This document shows, piece by piece, positions 8,823 to 16,451 of a DNA stretch of 27,240 nucleotides. Each line of letters starts with the position of its first letter. Position 1 is the first letter of the stretch. Origin of the DNA: Candidatus Marinamargulisbacteria bacterium (GTDB lineage Bacteria > Margulisbacteria > Marinamargulisbacteria > GCA-2716485 > GCA-002719695). Made by a program: the position numbers and the translations under genes. The DNA is taken from NCBI GenBank assembly GCA_044350955.1, contig JBILGQ010000001.1:1-27240 (forward strand). The letters are read 5' to 3'. Below the pieces are notes generated by a model, which searched no databases, was not told where the DNA came from, and saw only the letters and a program-made list of their open reading frames with translations.

Positions 8823-9216
8823 GATATTAGGTATTATTGATGCATTAGAGGCCACTATATTTGAGGCAAAAAAAGTACCCTTTTCTAACAAAGTAATTTT
8901 AAATGAAGATGAATTATTTCTTTTGATTGATAAATTACGAAGTGTTTTAAAAACAGAAATCTTACAAGAGCCTTTACAGCCCTTTCTTGCGGTTAGCAAA
9001 AACTCTCAAGAATCCGATGAAATACAACTAAATGAGGAAAATGAAAAGAATGAAAAAATTAAAAATGGTGCGGATGAATATGCCGACTTTGTTTTAAGTA
9101 ATTTGCAATTAGCTATTATAAAGATGAGAAAAGATCTGATTAAACTAGAAAGTAATATTGAAAATGGACGAGAAGTATTAGATAACAGAAAAAAACAACA
9201 TAGGGAGATTGTATGA
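8815..9216 (+). CDS. Coiled-coil protein resembling the SepIVA/Cdv3 (DivIVA-like) family, with a shortened middle
   Basis: N-terminal IDALEATIFEAKKVPFSNKVILNEDELFLLIDKLR and C-terminal GADEYADFVL...NGREVL match, by eye, the conserved ends of the family usually encoded next to coaD. Confidence 0.65.
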   Translation: MSKILGIIDALEATIFEAKKVPFSNKVILNEDELFLLIDKLRSVLKTEILQEPLQPFLAVSKNSQESDEIQLNEENEKNEKIKNGADEYADFVLSNLQLAIIKMRKDLIKLESNIENGREVLDNRKKQHREIV

Positions 9217-9926
9217 CAAAACGACAGGATGGTCGCTTGACGACACAAGCGAGACCTTTAAAAGTCACAAGGGCATTTACGAAATATGCACCAGGATCGG
9301 TATTAATTGAATACGGAGATACAAAGGTATTGTGTACAGCTATGATTGAAAACTCTGTTCCTCGATTTTTAAAAGATCAAGGGCGTGGATGGCTCACTGC
9401 TGAATATTCTATGTTACCAGGTTCATCAGCTGAAAGAATTAGACGTGATATTAATAAAGGGTCTTTGTCAGGGCGATCAAGTGAAATACAACGGCTGATT
9501 GGGCGATCGTTACGCATGGCTTTAGATTTTGATAAATTGGGCGAGCGAACTATCTATATTGATGCGGACGTTATTCAAGCGGATGGCGGAACTCGAACTG
9601 CTTCTGTGACTGGGGGTATGATAGCTCTTGCCGATGCGGTTCAGTATTTATTAGATCGAAATGAAATTAGTGAAAATCCCATAAAAGAGTGGGTTGCTGC
9701 CATTAGTGTTGGCGTTGAAAATGGGATGCCTATTACAGATTTGTGTTATTTAGAAGATTCAAATGCCGATTTGGATATGAATGTTATTATGACTGAAAGT
9801 GGAAAGATAATTGAACTTCAGGGAACAGCAGAGAAAGAGCCATTTGAGAAAGCGGTGTTAGATGAATTGTTAGAAATGGCAAAAAATTCTATTCAGCAAA
9901 TTATTTCTCATGTCAAAAAAGATTGA
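9213..9926 (+). CDS. rph: Ribonuclease PH
   Basis: GSVLIEYGDTKVLCTA, GWLTAEYSMLP, EIQRLIGRSLR, QADGGTRTAS and EDSNADLDMNV motifs; 237 aa. Confidence 0.98.
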   Translation: MTKRQDGRLTTQARPLKVTRAFTKYAPGSVLIEYGDTKVLCTAMIENSVPRFLKDQGRGWLTAEYSMLPGSSAERIRRDINKGSLSGRSSEIQRLIGRSLRMALDFDKLGERTIYIDADVIQADGGTRTASVTGGMIALADAVQYLLDRNEISENPIKEWVAAISVGVENGMPITDLCYLEDSNADLDMNVIMTESGKIIELQGTAEKEPFEKAVLDELLEMAKNSIQQIISHVKKD

Positions 9927-10521
9927 TTTAAATGGCATAAAAATTACTCAGAAGCATTACGATACCATTGTTAAGCAGGGATTTGATAACTTGCCTAAGG
10001 AAAGTGGTGGCTTTGTTGGGGGTGATGCTGATGGGTTTATTAAGGGCATATTGCCTATACACAATCAATATTTATTTGATAAAACAGCTACTTTCGGAGT
10101 GACTTCTGAAGATTTTCAAAGAGCGTATGCATTTTTTGAAAAAAATAATCTTAGTTATTATTGTGTTTATCATACACATCCTGATGGAGTAGCTTTTCCG
10201 TCCCAGGCTGATATTAATACAGGCCAACGATATCATTTAATAATTTGCTATGCCAACAAACTGAAACCAGAAATGGCGGCGTTTAAAATTATCAATAATA
10301 CGCCTATTCAAATACCTGTCACAGTTGTCGCTAATCCGAAAGGGTCGGTTTCGACTAAAGATTTAAAAGCGACTAAAAATCCAGCTCAGAGTTTAATTAT
10401 CAATGATGAGAGGGATTTACTAAATCAACGAATAGCGAATATCATTAGAAATGAACCGAATAACTATGAACGTTTGAGTCCAAAAGATAATAGCGGCTCA
10501 GATTTTAGTACTTTTGCTTAA
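9910..10521 (+). CDS. JAB/MPN+ (JAMM, M67-like) zinc metallopeptidase with a C-terminal extension
   Basis: Catalytic Glu in PKESGG and a complete H-x-H-x7-S-x2-D motif (HTHPDGVAFPSQAD); overlaps the rph stop by 17 nt. Confidence 0.85.
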   Translation: MSKKIDLNGIKITQKHYDTIVKQGFDNLPKESGGFVGGDADGFIKGILPIHNQYLFDKTATFGVTSEDFQRAYAFFEKNNLSYYCVYHTHPDGVAFPSQADINTGQRYHLIICYANKLKPEMAAFKIINNTPIQIPVTVVANPKGSVSTKDLKATKNPAQSLIINDERDLLNQRIANIIRNEPNNYERLSPKDNSGSDFSTFA

Positions 10522-10524
10522 TGC

Positions 10525-11772
10525 TTAAGGCCTTATTTGTCCGTCACCAGTTACGATATATTTGTAAGTAGTAAGTTCATTGATTCCCATAGGGCCCCGG
10601 GCATGTAGTTTTTGTGTTGAAATTCCAATTTCAGCGCCAAATCCAAATTCACCTCCATCGGCAAATCGTGTTGAGGCATTTGTAAATACGGTTGAGGCAT
10701 CTACCGATTGAACAAAAGTTTCTAATGCGTCTGGGTTATTGCTAATTATAGATTCAGAGTGCATCGTTCCGTGTTTAGCTATATGGTCTAGGGCCTCATT
10801 TAGTGATGATACAAGTCGTATAGATAAAATCAAATCATTGTATTCAGTATCCCAATCTAAGTCAGTAGCAGTCTTGATTCGAGTAAGAATTTGGGTTGTT
10901 TTTTCGCAACCTCTCAGCTCAACACCTTTCGTTGTTAATAGAGTGTCTAATTTTGGTAAGATAATATTAGCGATAGATTCATGTATCAAAACTGTTTCAC
11001 AGGAGTTACAAACAGAAGGGCGTTGGGTTTTAGCATTATCTATAATAGCTAAGGCTTTATCTAGGTTTGCATCTTTATCAACATAAATATGGCAAACACC
11101 TGCCCCTGTTTCTATGCAAGGTACGGTTGCTGTATTTACAACATGCTGTATAAGTTGAGACGAGCCTCGTGGAATTACTAAGCTTAAATAGTCCGTCATT
11201 TGTACAAAATCTTTTACGCTATCTCGGCTGACATCTTTTAATAATTGGATGAAATTTGGGTTAAGATTTCTTGCTTCTAAGACAGCTTTGATAGTTTCTG
11301 TTATGGCGGAATTGCTATGATAAGCCGAAGCGCTGCCCCGCAATACTACGGCGTTTCCTGTTTTGATAGCAATGGCTATAGCGTCAGCGGTTACGTTGGG
11401 TCTTGCTTCATAAATCATGCCAAATACACCCAATGGTACTCTAATTTTTTTTATATGTAATCCGTTGGGTCTTGTCCATTCAGCTAGGATAGTACCTATG
11501 GGATCTTCTAAACTTACTATGTCTAATATACTTTGAGCCATTTGAGAGAGTCGTTCTTCAGTTAATAGTAAACGGTCTAATAAAGCTGAACTTAACTTGC
11601 TTTCTATGCCATTTTTTATGTCTTTTTTGTTTTCATTAATAATGAAGTTTGATTGTGTTGTTAGTGCTTTTGAAATATCTGTAAGTAGGTTGTTTTTTAG
11701 GTGAGTTGGCATTTGTTGAGGCACTAGTCGTGCATCGTAGGATAGTTTGCATTGTTCTTTTACGGTTTTCAT
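10525..11772 (-). CDS. proA: Gamma-glutamyl phosphate reductase
   Basis: VPLGVFGMIYEARPNVT, ETGAGVCHIYVD, RPSVCNSCET, NASTRFADGGEFGFGAEIGISTQKLHARGPMG. Start set at ATG 11772, 7 nt after the proB stop; the ORF track extends to 11817. Confidence 0.96.
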   Translation of the reverse strand: MKTVKEQCKLSYDARLVPQQMPTHLKNNLLTDISKALTTQSNFIINENKKDIKNGIESKLSSALLDRLLLTEERLSQMAQSILDIVSLEDPIGTILAEWTRPNGLHIKKIRVPLGVFGMIYEARPNVTADAIAIAIKTGNAVVLRGSASAYHSNSAITETIKAVLEARNLNPNFIQLLKDVSRDSVKDFVQMTDYLSLVIPRGSSQLIQHVVNTATVPCIETGAGVCHIYVDKDANLDKALAIIDNAKTQRPSVCNSCETVLIHESIANIILPKLDTLLTTKGVELRGCEKTTQILTRIKTATDLDWDTEYNDLILSIRLVSSLNEALDHIAKHGTMHSESIISNNPDALETFVQSVDASTVFTNASTRFADGGEFGFGAEIGISTQKLHARGPMGINELTTYKYIVTGDGQIRP

Positions 11773-11779
11773 ACTAATT

Positions 11780-12544
11780 CTATTTTGGTGTAAATAAAGT
11801 TCCTGTCGGAAGACCATTAATAATATCTAGAATAACATTTTTTTGTCTACCATTTGCAATAATTAATTTTTTATTATGAGTTAGCAATCGTTTTGCTGCT
11901 AGTAATTTTGATTTAATTCCACCTCGTCCTTTAGCGTCTAGAGCAGCATCGGCTTGTTCAATCATATTGTCATCTACGTTATGTAAAAGGGTTATTAATT
12001 TGGCATCCGAATAATTAGTGGGATTTTTATCGTATAGCCCGTCTTGATCGGTTAATAATACGAGTAAATCAACGTCTAATAATACGGCAACAATGCTTGA
12101 TAAAATGTCGTTATCACCGAATTTAATGTCTTCGGTAGATACAGTGTCATTTTCATTTATAATGGGTATCACGTTGTGGTTTAAAAGTGTATGAATCGTA
12201 TTAATGACATTTTTTTGCTTTTCTGAGTCTTCTGTAATATCTTGTGTTAATAGAATTTGAGCAATTTTGATAGACTCTAATGAAAAAAATTCGTGATATT
12301 TGCTTAAAAGAGCCAGTTGCCCGATAGCCGCTGTTGCTTGTTTTTCTGGAATGTTTGTTGCTTGTATACCTAGTTCTTCCGAGCCAAATACGATGGCTCC
12401 TGATGTTACTACAATTAGATCTATATTATGATTTTTTTTTGCTGCTGCAAGTTGTGATACTAAATTTTTTAAGCTATCGATATCTATCTGATTGTTAGCT
12501 GTGCTTAATAATTTTGTGCCAATTTTGATAATGATTTTTTTCAT
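11780..12544 (-). CDS. proB: Glutamate 5-kinase, short form without a PUA domain
   Basis: KIGT, VTSGA, AAIGQ, PIINENDTV, FGDNDILS and LTDQDGLY motifs; 254 aa. Confidence 0.96.
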   Translation of the reverse strand: MKKIIIKIGTKLLSTANNQIDIDSLKNLVSQLAAAKKNHNIDLIVVTSGAIVFGSEELGIQATNIPEKQATAAIGQLALLSKYHEFFSLESIKIAQILLTQDITEDSEKQKNVINTIHTLLNHNVIPIINENDTVSTEDIKFGDNDILSSIVAVLLDVDLLVLLTDQDGLYDKNPTNYSDAKLITLLHNVDDNMIEQADAALDAKGRGGIKSKLLAAKRLLTHNKKLIIANGRQKNVILDIINGLPTGTLFTPK

Positions 12545-13527
12545 AAATGAGACTTTGATATTAGTTCAATTAATTGATCAATATTTTTGTTTGTATACGA
12601 TGAAATTGCTGTAATAGGGATGTTCTTTTGTTTAAATCCTTGAATAATTTCTTCTTCAATTTCGCTGGTAATACAATCAGATTTTGAGAGTACTATGAGT
12701 CGTTCTTTATCTAGTAGTTTGTGTTCACTTTCATTGAGTTCATTTTCTATTGTAATATAGTCTTTATAGCATTCTTCAAAGCTATTTTTTGCTTCAACTA
12801 AGTGAACAAGTAAAATTGTGCGATGTAAGTGTCTCAAAAACTGTAGGCCTAAACCTAGCCCTTTACTAGCTCCTTCAATTAAACCTGGAACATCGGCAAG
12901 GATGATTTCTTTGTTATGGGTACGTAGAGTACCTAAATTTGGTGAGAGCGTTGTAAACGGATAGTTATCGATGCGTGGGTTAGATAAGGTTAAACATTTT
13001 AATAAAGATGATTTCCCTGCATTCGGATGACCTACTAAGCCAACAGATGCGATCATGCGTAATTCTAGGCGGATTTTTTTTTCTGTTCCTGGTAAACCAC
13101 TTTGCGAATAATACGGAGTTCTATTGCGAGATGTAGAAAAATGAAAGTTGCCTAGGCCGCCTTTACCGCCTTTAGCAATTAAATAGCGTTGTCCAATATC
13201 AGTTAGGTCAATAATAAGTTCATTTGATTCATTATAGACTAAAGTGCCTTTAGGTACTTCAAGGACAGTATCTTCACCTGCAGTGCCTGATTTTTTCTTA
13301 GTGTGTCCTGGTCTGCCGCTTTGGGCTTTAATGGTATGAGAGGACTGTCTTTTTAGTTCAGAAAATGAATTAATATCTGTAACGAGAATAACTATGTTTC
13401 CACCACGGCCACCATCTCCACCATCTGGGCCACCTTTCGGAATATATTTTTCTCTACGAAAACTGGTGCAACCTTCACCTCCATCTCCAGCTTTTAACTG
13501 AAGGGTGAGTGTATCAATGAATGACAT
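12541..13527 (-). CDS. obgE: GTPase ObgE/CgtA without a C-terminal OCT domain
   Basis: AGDGGEGCTSFRREKYIPKGGPDGGDGGRGG, GHPNAGKSSLL, YPFTTL and DVPGLIEGAS motifs; follows rplU-rpmA. Confidence 0.97.
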   Translation of the reverse strand: MSFIDTLTLQLKAGDGGEGCTSFRREKYIPKGGPDGGDGGRGGNIVILVTDINSFSELKRQSSHTIKAQSGRPGHTKKKSGTAGEDTVLEVPKGTLVYNESNELIIDLTDIGQRYLIAKGGKGGLGNFHFSTSRNRTPYYSQSGLPGTEKKIRLELRMIASVGLVGHPNAGKSSLLKCLTLSNPRIDNYPFTTLSPNLGTLRTHNKEIILADVPGLIEGASKGLGLGLQFLRHLHRTILLVHLVEAKNSFEECYKDYITIENELNESEHKLLDKERLIVLSKSDCITSEIEEEIIQGFKQKNIPITAISSYTNKNIDQLIELISKSHL

Positions 13528-13536
13528 TAATAGTTA

Positions 13537-13788
13537 TTAATGAATAACAGAAACTAGTTTTTTTCCGTCTTTTATAGTTTTGAATTCTACTTTACCTTCA
13601 GATAATGCAAATAAGGTGTAATCTGAACCAATGCCTACATTTAAACCAGCAGAAACCTTTAAACCGCGTTGACGAACAAGAATGTTGCCAGCTAATACTG
13701 CTTCTCCACCGAATTTTTTTACACCAAGTCTTTGTGATGCGCTATCTCTTCCGTTTTTAGAGCTACCTTTACCTTTCTTATGTGCCAT
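13537..13788 (-). CDS. rpmA: 50S ribosomal protein L27 (no N-terminal extension)
   Basis: MAHKKG...NGRDS...RLGVKKFGG...RQRG; AGGAG RBS at 13795-13799. Confidence 0.98.
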   Translation of the reverse strand: MAHKKGKGSSKNGRDSASQRLGVKKFGGEAVLAGNILVRQRGLKVSAGLNVGIGSDYTLFALSEGKVEFKTIKDGKKLVSVIH

Positions 13789-13835
13789 TGCTTTCTCCTA
13801 TTTTCCTGATTTCAGTTTTATTTTAGTATAATTTT

Positions 13836-14168
13836 TTATGCATCTATCTTTTTTATAGATTTGATGCGCACAGTTGTATATCGTTGTCTGTGACCTTGTG
13901 TTTTTTTATAACCAGTTTTTCTTTTAAATTTAAAAACTCGCACTTTTTTATCTTTTTCTTCGTGTTCCAAAATATCCGCAGAAACTACATAGTTTAAATT
14001 CGGAGTTCCTATTGATATTTGATCTGTCTCTTTAACTAGTAATACGGTTTCAAAGTCTATAGTCTCTTTATCAGTGTCTATTTTTTCTACGCTGATAACA
14101 TCCCCTTCTTTAACAATATATTGTTTGCCGCCAGTCTTGATAATGGCTAAATTTTCTTTTGATGACAC
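13836..14168 (-). CDS. rplU: 50S ribosomal protein L21
   Basis: IIKTGGKQYIVKEGD and FKRKTGYKKTQGHRQRYT motifs; GTG start with GGAGG at 14176-14180. Confidence 0.97.
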   Translation of the reverse strand: MSSKENLAIIKTGGKQYIVKEGDVISVEKIDTDKETIDFETVLLVKETDQISIGTPNLNYVVSADILEHEEKDKKVRVFKFKRKTGYKKTQGHRQRYTTVRIKSIKKIDA

Positions 14169-14221
14169 GTTTATTCCTCCAGACTCTTGTAAATGTTAAT
14201 TTAAATTATTTTAGGATATGA

Positions 14222-14250
14222 AAAATATCATGGGGCGCTAAAATAGTCAA
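14222..14250 (-). promoter_or_regulatory. Putative promoter for rplU-rpmA-obgE-proBA
   Basis: Minus strand: TTGACT (14250-14245), 17 bp including an extended TG, then TATTTT (14227-14222). Confidence 0.55.
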
Positions 14251-14266
14251 TAATGATTAATCTATA

Positions 14267-14295
14267 TTGACATGAGTTTTTGACCATGATAAGAT
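14267..14295 (+). promoter_or_regulatory. Putative strong promoter for the tRNA-Trp-secE-nusG-rpl cluster
   Basis: TTGACA (14267-14272), 17 bp, extended -10 TGa-TAAGAT (14287-14295), 24 nt before the tRNA. Confidence 0.75.
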
Positions 14296-14319
14296 TCGAA
14301 GTTCAATTTGTGAGCTTAG

Positions 14320-14395
14320 AGGCTCGTAGCTCTAATGGTAGAGCGTCGGTTTCCAAAACCGAGCGTTGTCGGTTCGAATCCGGCCGGGCCTGCCA
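14320..14395 (+). tRNA. trpT: tRNA-Trp (anticodon CCA), 3' CCA encoded
   Basis: Folded by hand: acceptor AGGCTCG/CGGGCCT, D arm GCTC/GAGC, anticodon stem TCGGT/ACCGA with loop TTCCAAA, T arm GTCGG-TTCGAAT-CCGGC, discriminator G, then CCA. Confidence 0.98.
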
Positions 14396-14413
14396 TTGCT
14401 AGAAGTGATAGAT

Positions 14414-14659
14414 ATGATAAAAAAAGAAAAAGAAAAAGAAAAAGACGGTGTTAAAAAAAGACCAGTGCCAAAACAGGCTGGTTCGTATTCTACCAATCCT
14501 TCAAAGGAGTTGAAAAAAGTTACTTGGCCAAATCGGAATACATTGATAAAATCTACATTCCTGATATTGGTGCTATCACTTGTGTTAACAGTATATGTAT
14601 CTACATTAGACGTAGTTTTTGAGAGATTGTTTTATTTTTTAAGATCATTAAAAGGATAG
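14414..14659 (+). CDS. secE: Preprotein translocase subunit SecE (single transmembrane helix)
   Basis: KELKKVTWPNR motif followed by one transmembrane helix; lies between tRNA-Trp and nusG. Start moved to ATG 14414 (SD-like GAAGTGAT) because the ORF-track start lies inside the tRNA. Confidence 0.9.
   Translation: MIKKEKEKEKDGVKKRPVPKQAGSYSTNPSKELKKVTWPNRNTLIKSTFLILVLSLVLTVYVSTLDVVFERLFYFLRSLKG
14426..14443 (+). repeat. (GAAAAA)3 in-frame microsatellite encoding EKEKEK at the SecE N-terminus
   Basis: gaaaaa gaaaaa gaaaaa, preceded by an A7 run. Confidence 0.75.
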
Positions 14660-14665
14660 TATGTA

Positions 14666-15304
14666 ATGCTTAGCGATAAAGACAGCGGGTTAGAAGAGAT
14701 TATTGACGAAGAGGTCTCTGTTGGTTCAGAGGAAAATGAAGGTGCAGTAGAAGGCGTTTCAAATTCACCGAATCTAGAGAATGCTGCATGGTATATTGTT
14801 CAGACTTTGTCAAACAAAGAATATCGAGTGCTTACTCGTATACAGATGTTGATAGCCGAGAAAAAATACTCGGATAATTTGTTTAGAGCGTTGGTTCCAG
14901 AGCAGCAATCTATAGAAATTAAAAATAATATTCGTCATGAAAGAAAGGTTAAAATTTACCCAGGTTATGTTTTTGTTCAAATGTTGATTGAAGATGACCT
15001 TGCTTATGAAATACGAGGTATTCCCGGGGTAGCTAAGTTTATTGGAACTGGTAACAAGCCAACCCCAGTTCAGGAAGAAGAGATTCTTCGTGTATTGAGA
15101 AAGATTGGGGATACTACTAAGCAAATTGAGGTTGATTTTAGCATTGGTGAGTCTATTAAAGTTATTTCTGGTCCATTCAGAGGTTACTCTGGTACAATCT
15201 CAGAAATTAATGCCCTTAAGGCTAATATTAAAGCTAAAATATCAATTTTTGGAAGAGAAACGCCGGTTGAATTAGATTTTGACCAGGTAGAAAAGATGGA
15301 ATAG
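14666..15304 (+). CDS. nusG: Transcription factor NusG with an acidic N-terminal extension
   Basis: WYIVQT, KIYPGYVFV, PGVAKFIG, KOW VISGPFRGYSG and SIFGRETPVELDF motifs. Confidence 0.97.
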   Translation: MLSDKDSGLEEIIDEEVSVGSEENEGAVEGVSNSPNLENAAWYIVQTLSNKEYRVLTRIQMLIAEKKYSDNLFRALVPEQQSIEIKNNIRHERKVKIYPGYVFVQMLIEDDLAYEIRGIPGVAKFIGTGNKPTPVQEEEILRVLRKIGDTTKQIEVDFSIGESIKVISGPFRGYSGTISEINALKANIKAKISIFGRETPVELDFDQVEKME

Positions 15305-15311
15305 GTGAGTA

Positions 15312-15746
15312 ATGTCAGTAAAAAAGAAAAAGCAAGTTCAGGCGATAGTTAAGTTACAGATAGTTGCTGGAAAAGCAACTCCAGCTCCTCCTGTTGGTCC
15401 TGCATTGGGTCAGCATGGTGTGAATATAATGGAATTTTGTAAAGCGTATAATGAGGCCTCAAAAGAAAAGATGGGGCAAATAGTTCCTGTAGAAATTTAT
15501 ATATATCCAGATAGAACCTTTGATTTTAAGCTTAAAACACCACCGGTATCAGCTTTGATTCTATTAGAATTGAATTTGAAAAGCGGATCGGCGGTACCTA
15601 ATACTAATAAAATAGGTAAGTTGACTAGAGAACAGTTAGAAAAAATAGCTGCTATCAAAATGGAAGATTTGAATGCATCGACTATGGATGCTGCTGTAAA
15701 TATAGTGGCGGGTAGTGCTAGAAGTATGGGTGTTGAGGTAATTTAA
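15312..15746 (+). CDS. rplK: 50S ribosomal protein L11
   Basis: [29 protein letters not shown] motif. Confidence 0.99.
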   Translation: MSVKKKKQVQAIVKLQIVAGKATPAPPVGPALGQHGVNIMEFCKAYNEASKEKMGQIVPVEIYIYPDRTFDFKLKTPPVSALILLELNLKSGSAVPNTNKIGKLTREQLEKIAAIKMEDLNASTMDAAVNIVAGSARSMGVEVI

Positions 15747-16447
15747 TGAAAAAATCAAAAGTATTTATTGAAAAGTCTAAGTTAGTTAATAAAGCGAATT
15801 TATATGATCCAAAAGAAGCTTTTTCTTTGTTGAAAGAAGTTGCTTACGGTAAATTTGATGAAAGTATAGAGGTTCATTATAAATTAGGAATAGATCCTAG
15901 ACATGCAGATCAGCAATTAAGAGGCACTTTTTCTTTGCCTAAAGGAACTGGTAAGGATGTTAGGGTTTTAGCTATAGCTGAAGGTGTGTCTGCTGATGAG
16001 GCGAAAGAAGCTGGGGCTGATTATGTTGGTGTTGCGGAGTATTTAGAAAAAATCGAATCTGGCTGGTTTGATTTTGATGTATTGGTTACGACGCCAGATA
16101 TGATGAGGCACTTAGGTAAGTTAGGTAGAGCATTAGGTTCTAAGGGTTTAATGCCAAATCCTAAGACGGGTACGGTAAGTGCAAACTTGAAAAAAACTGT
16201 TTCCGAGTTTAAGTCTGGTAAATTTGAATACAGAAATGATAAAAATGGAATCTTGCATTTGGTTCTTGGTAAAAAATCATTCTCTCTTGAAGATTTATTG
16301 GCTAATTTTAAAGCTCTAAATGAGTTTATATTGAAAATAAAACCCGCAAAAGCTAAAGGGATCTATGTTCAATCGATTGCTATCTGTGCTACGCAGAGTC
16401 AGTCTATTAATATTGAACCTATGAGCTTGAAGTGGAAAGGAAATTAG
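15746..16447 (+). CDS. rplA: 50S ribosomal protein L1
   Basis: KFDESIE, LGIDPRHADQQLRG, GLMPNPKTGTV and YRNDKNG motifs. Confidence 0.98.
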   Translation: MKKSKVFIEKSKLVNKANLYDPKEAFSLLKEVAYGKFDESIEVHYKLGIDPRHADQQLRGTFSLPKGTGKDVRVLAIAEGVSADEAKEAGADYVGVAEYLEKIESGWFDFDVLVTTPDMMRHLGKLGRALGSKGLMPNPKTGTVSANLKKTVSEFKSGKFEYRNDKNGILHLVLGKKSFSLEDLLANFKALNEFILKIKPAKAKGIYVQSIAICATQSQSINIEPMSLKWKGN

Positions 16448-16451
16448 TGTT

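Noticed and set aside
3673-9248. Short alternative-frame or antisense ORFs within purL, recG, rsmD, coaD and the coiled-coil gene
   Set aside because: They overlap strongly supported genes and have no recognisable protein features.
13789-13835. No prp protease gene between rplU and rpmA
   Set aside because: L27 begins MAHKK with no cleavable extension, so Prp is not expected.
11780-14168. proBA joined to rplU-rpmA-obgE; ProB without PUA; Obg without OCT and with G4 read as SKSD
   Set aside because: obg-proB linkage, short ProB, short Obg and G4 variation are all known in other bacteria.
14197-14208. 12-bp palindrome TAATTTAAATTA in the rplU leader
   Set aside because: It is A/T only and short, so likely chance in this composition.
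14320-14395. tRNA-Trp as a sign of UGA recoding or as an integration site
   Set aside because: The anticodon is CCA, TGA terminates recG and rph, and no integrase or att duplicate follows; secE starts 18 nt later.
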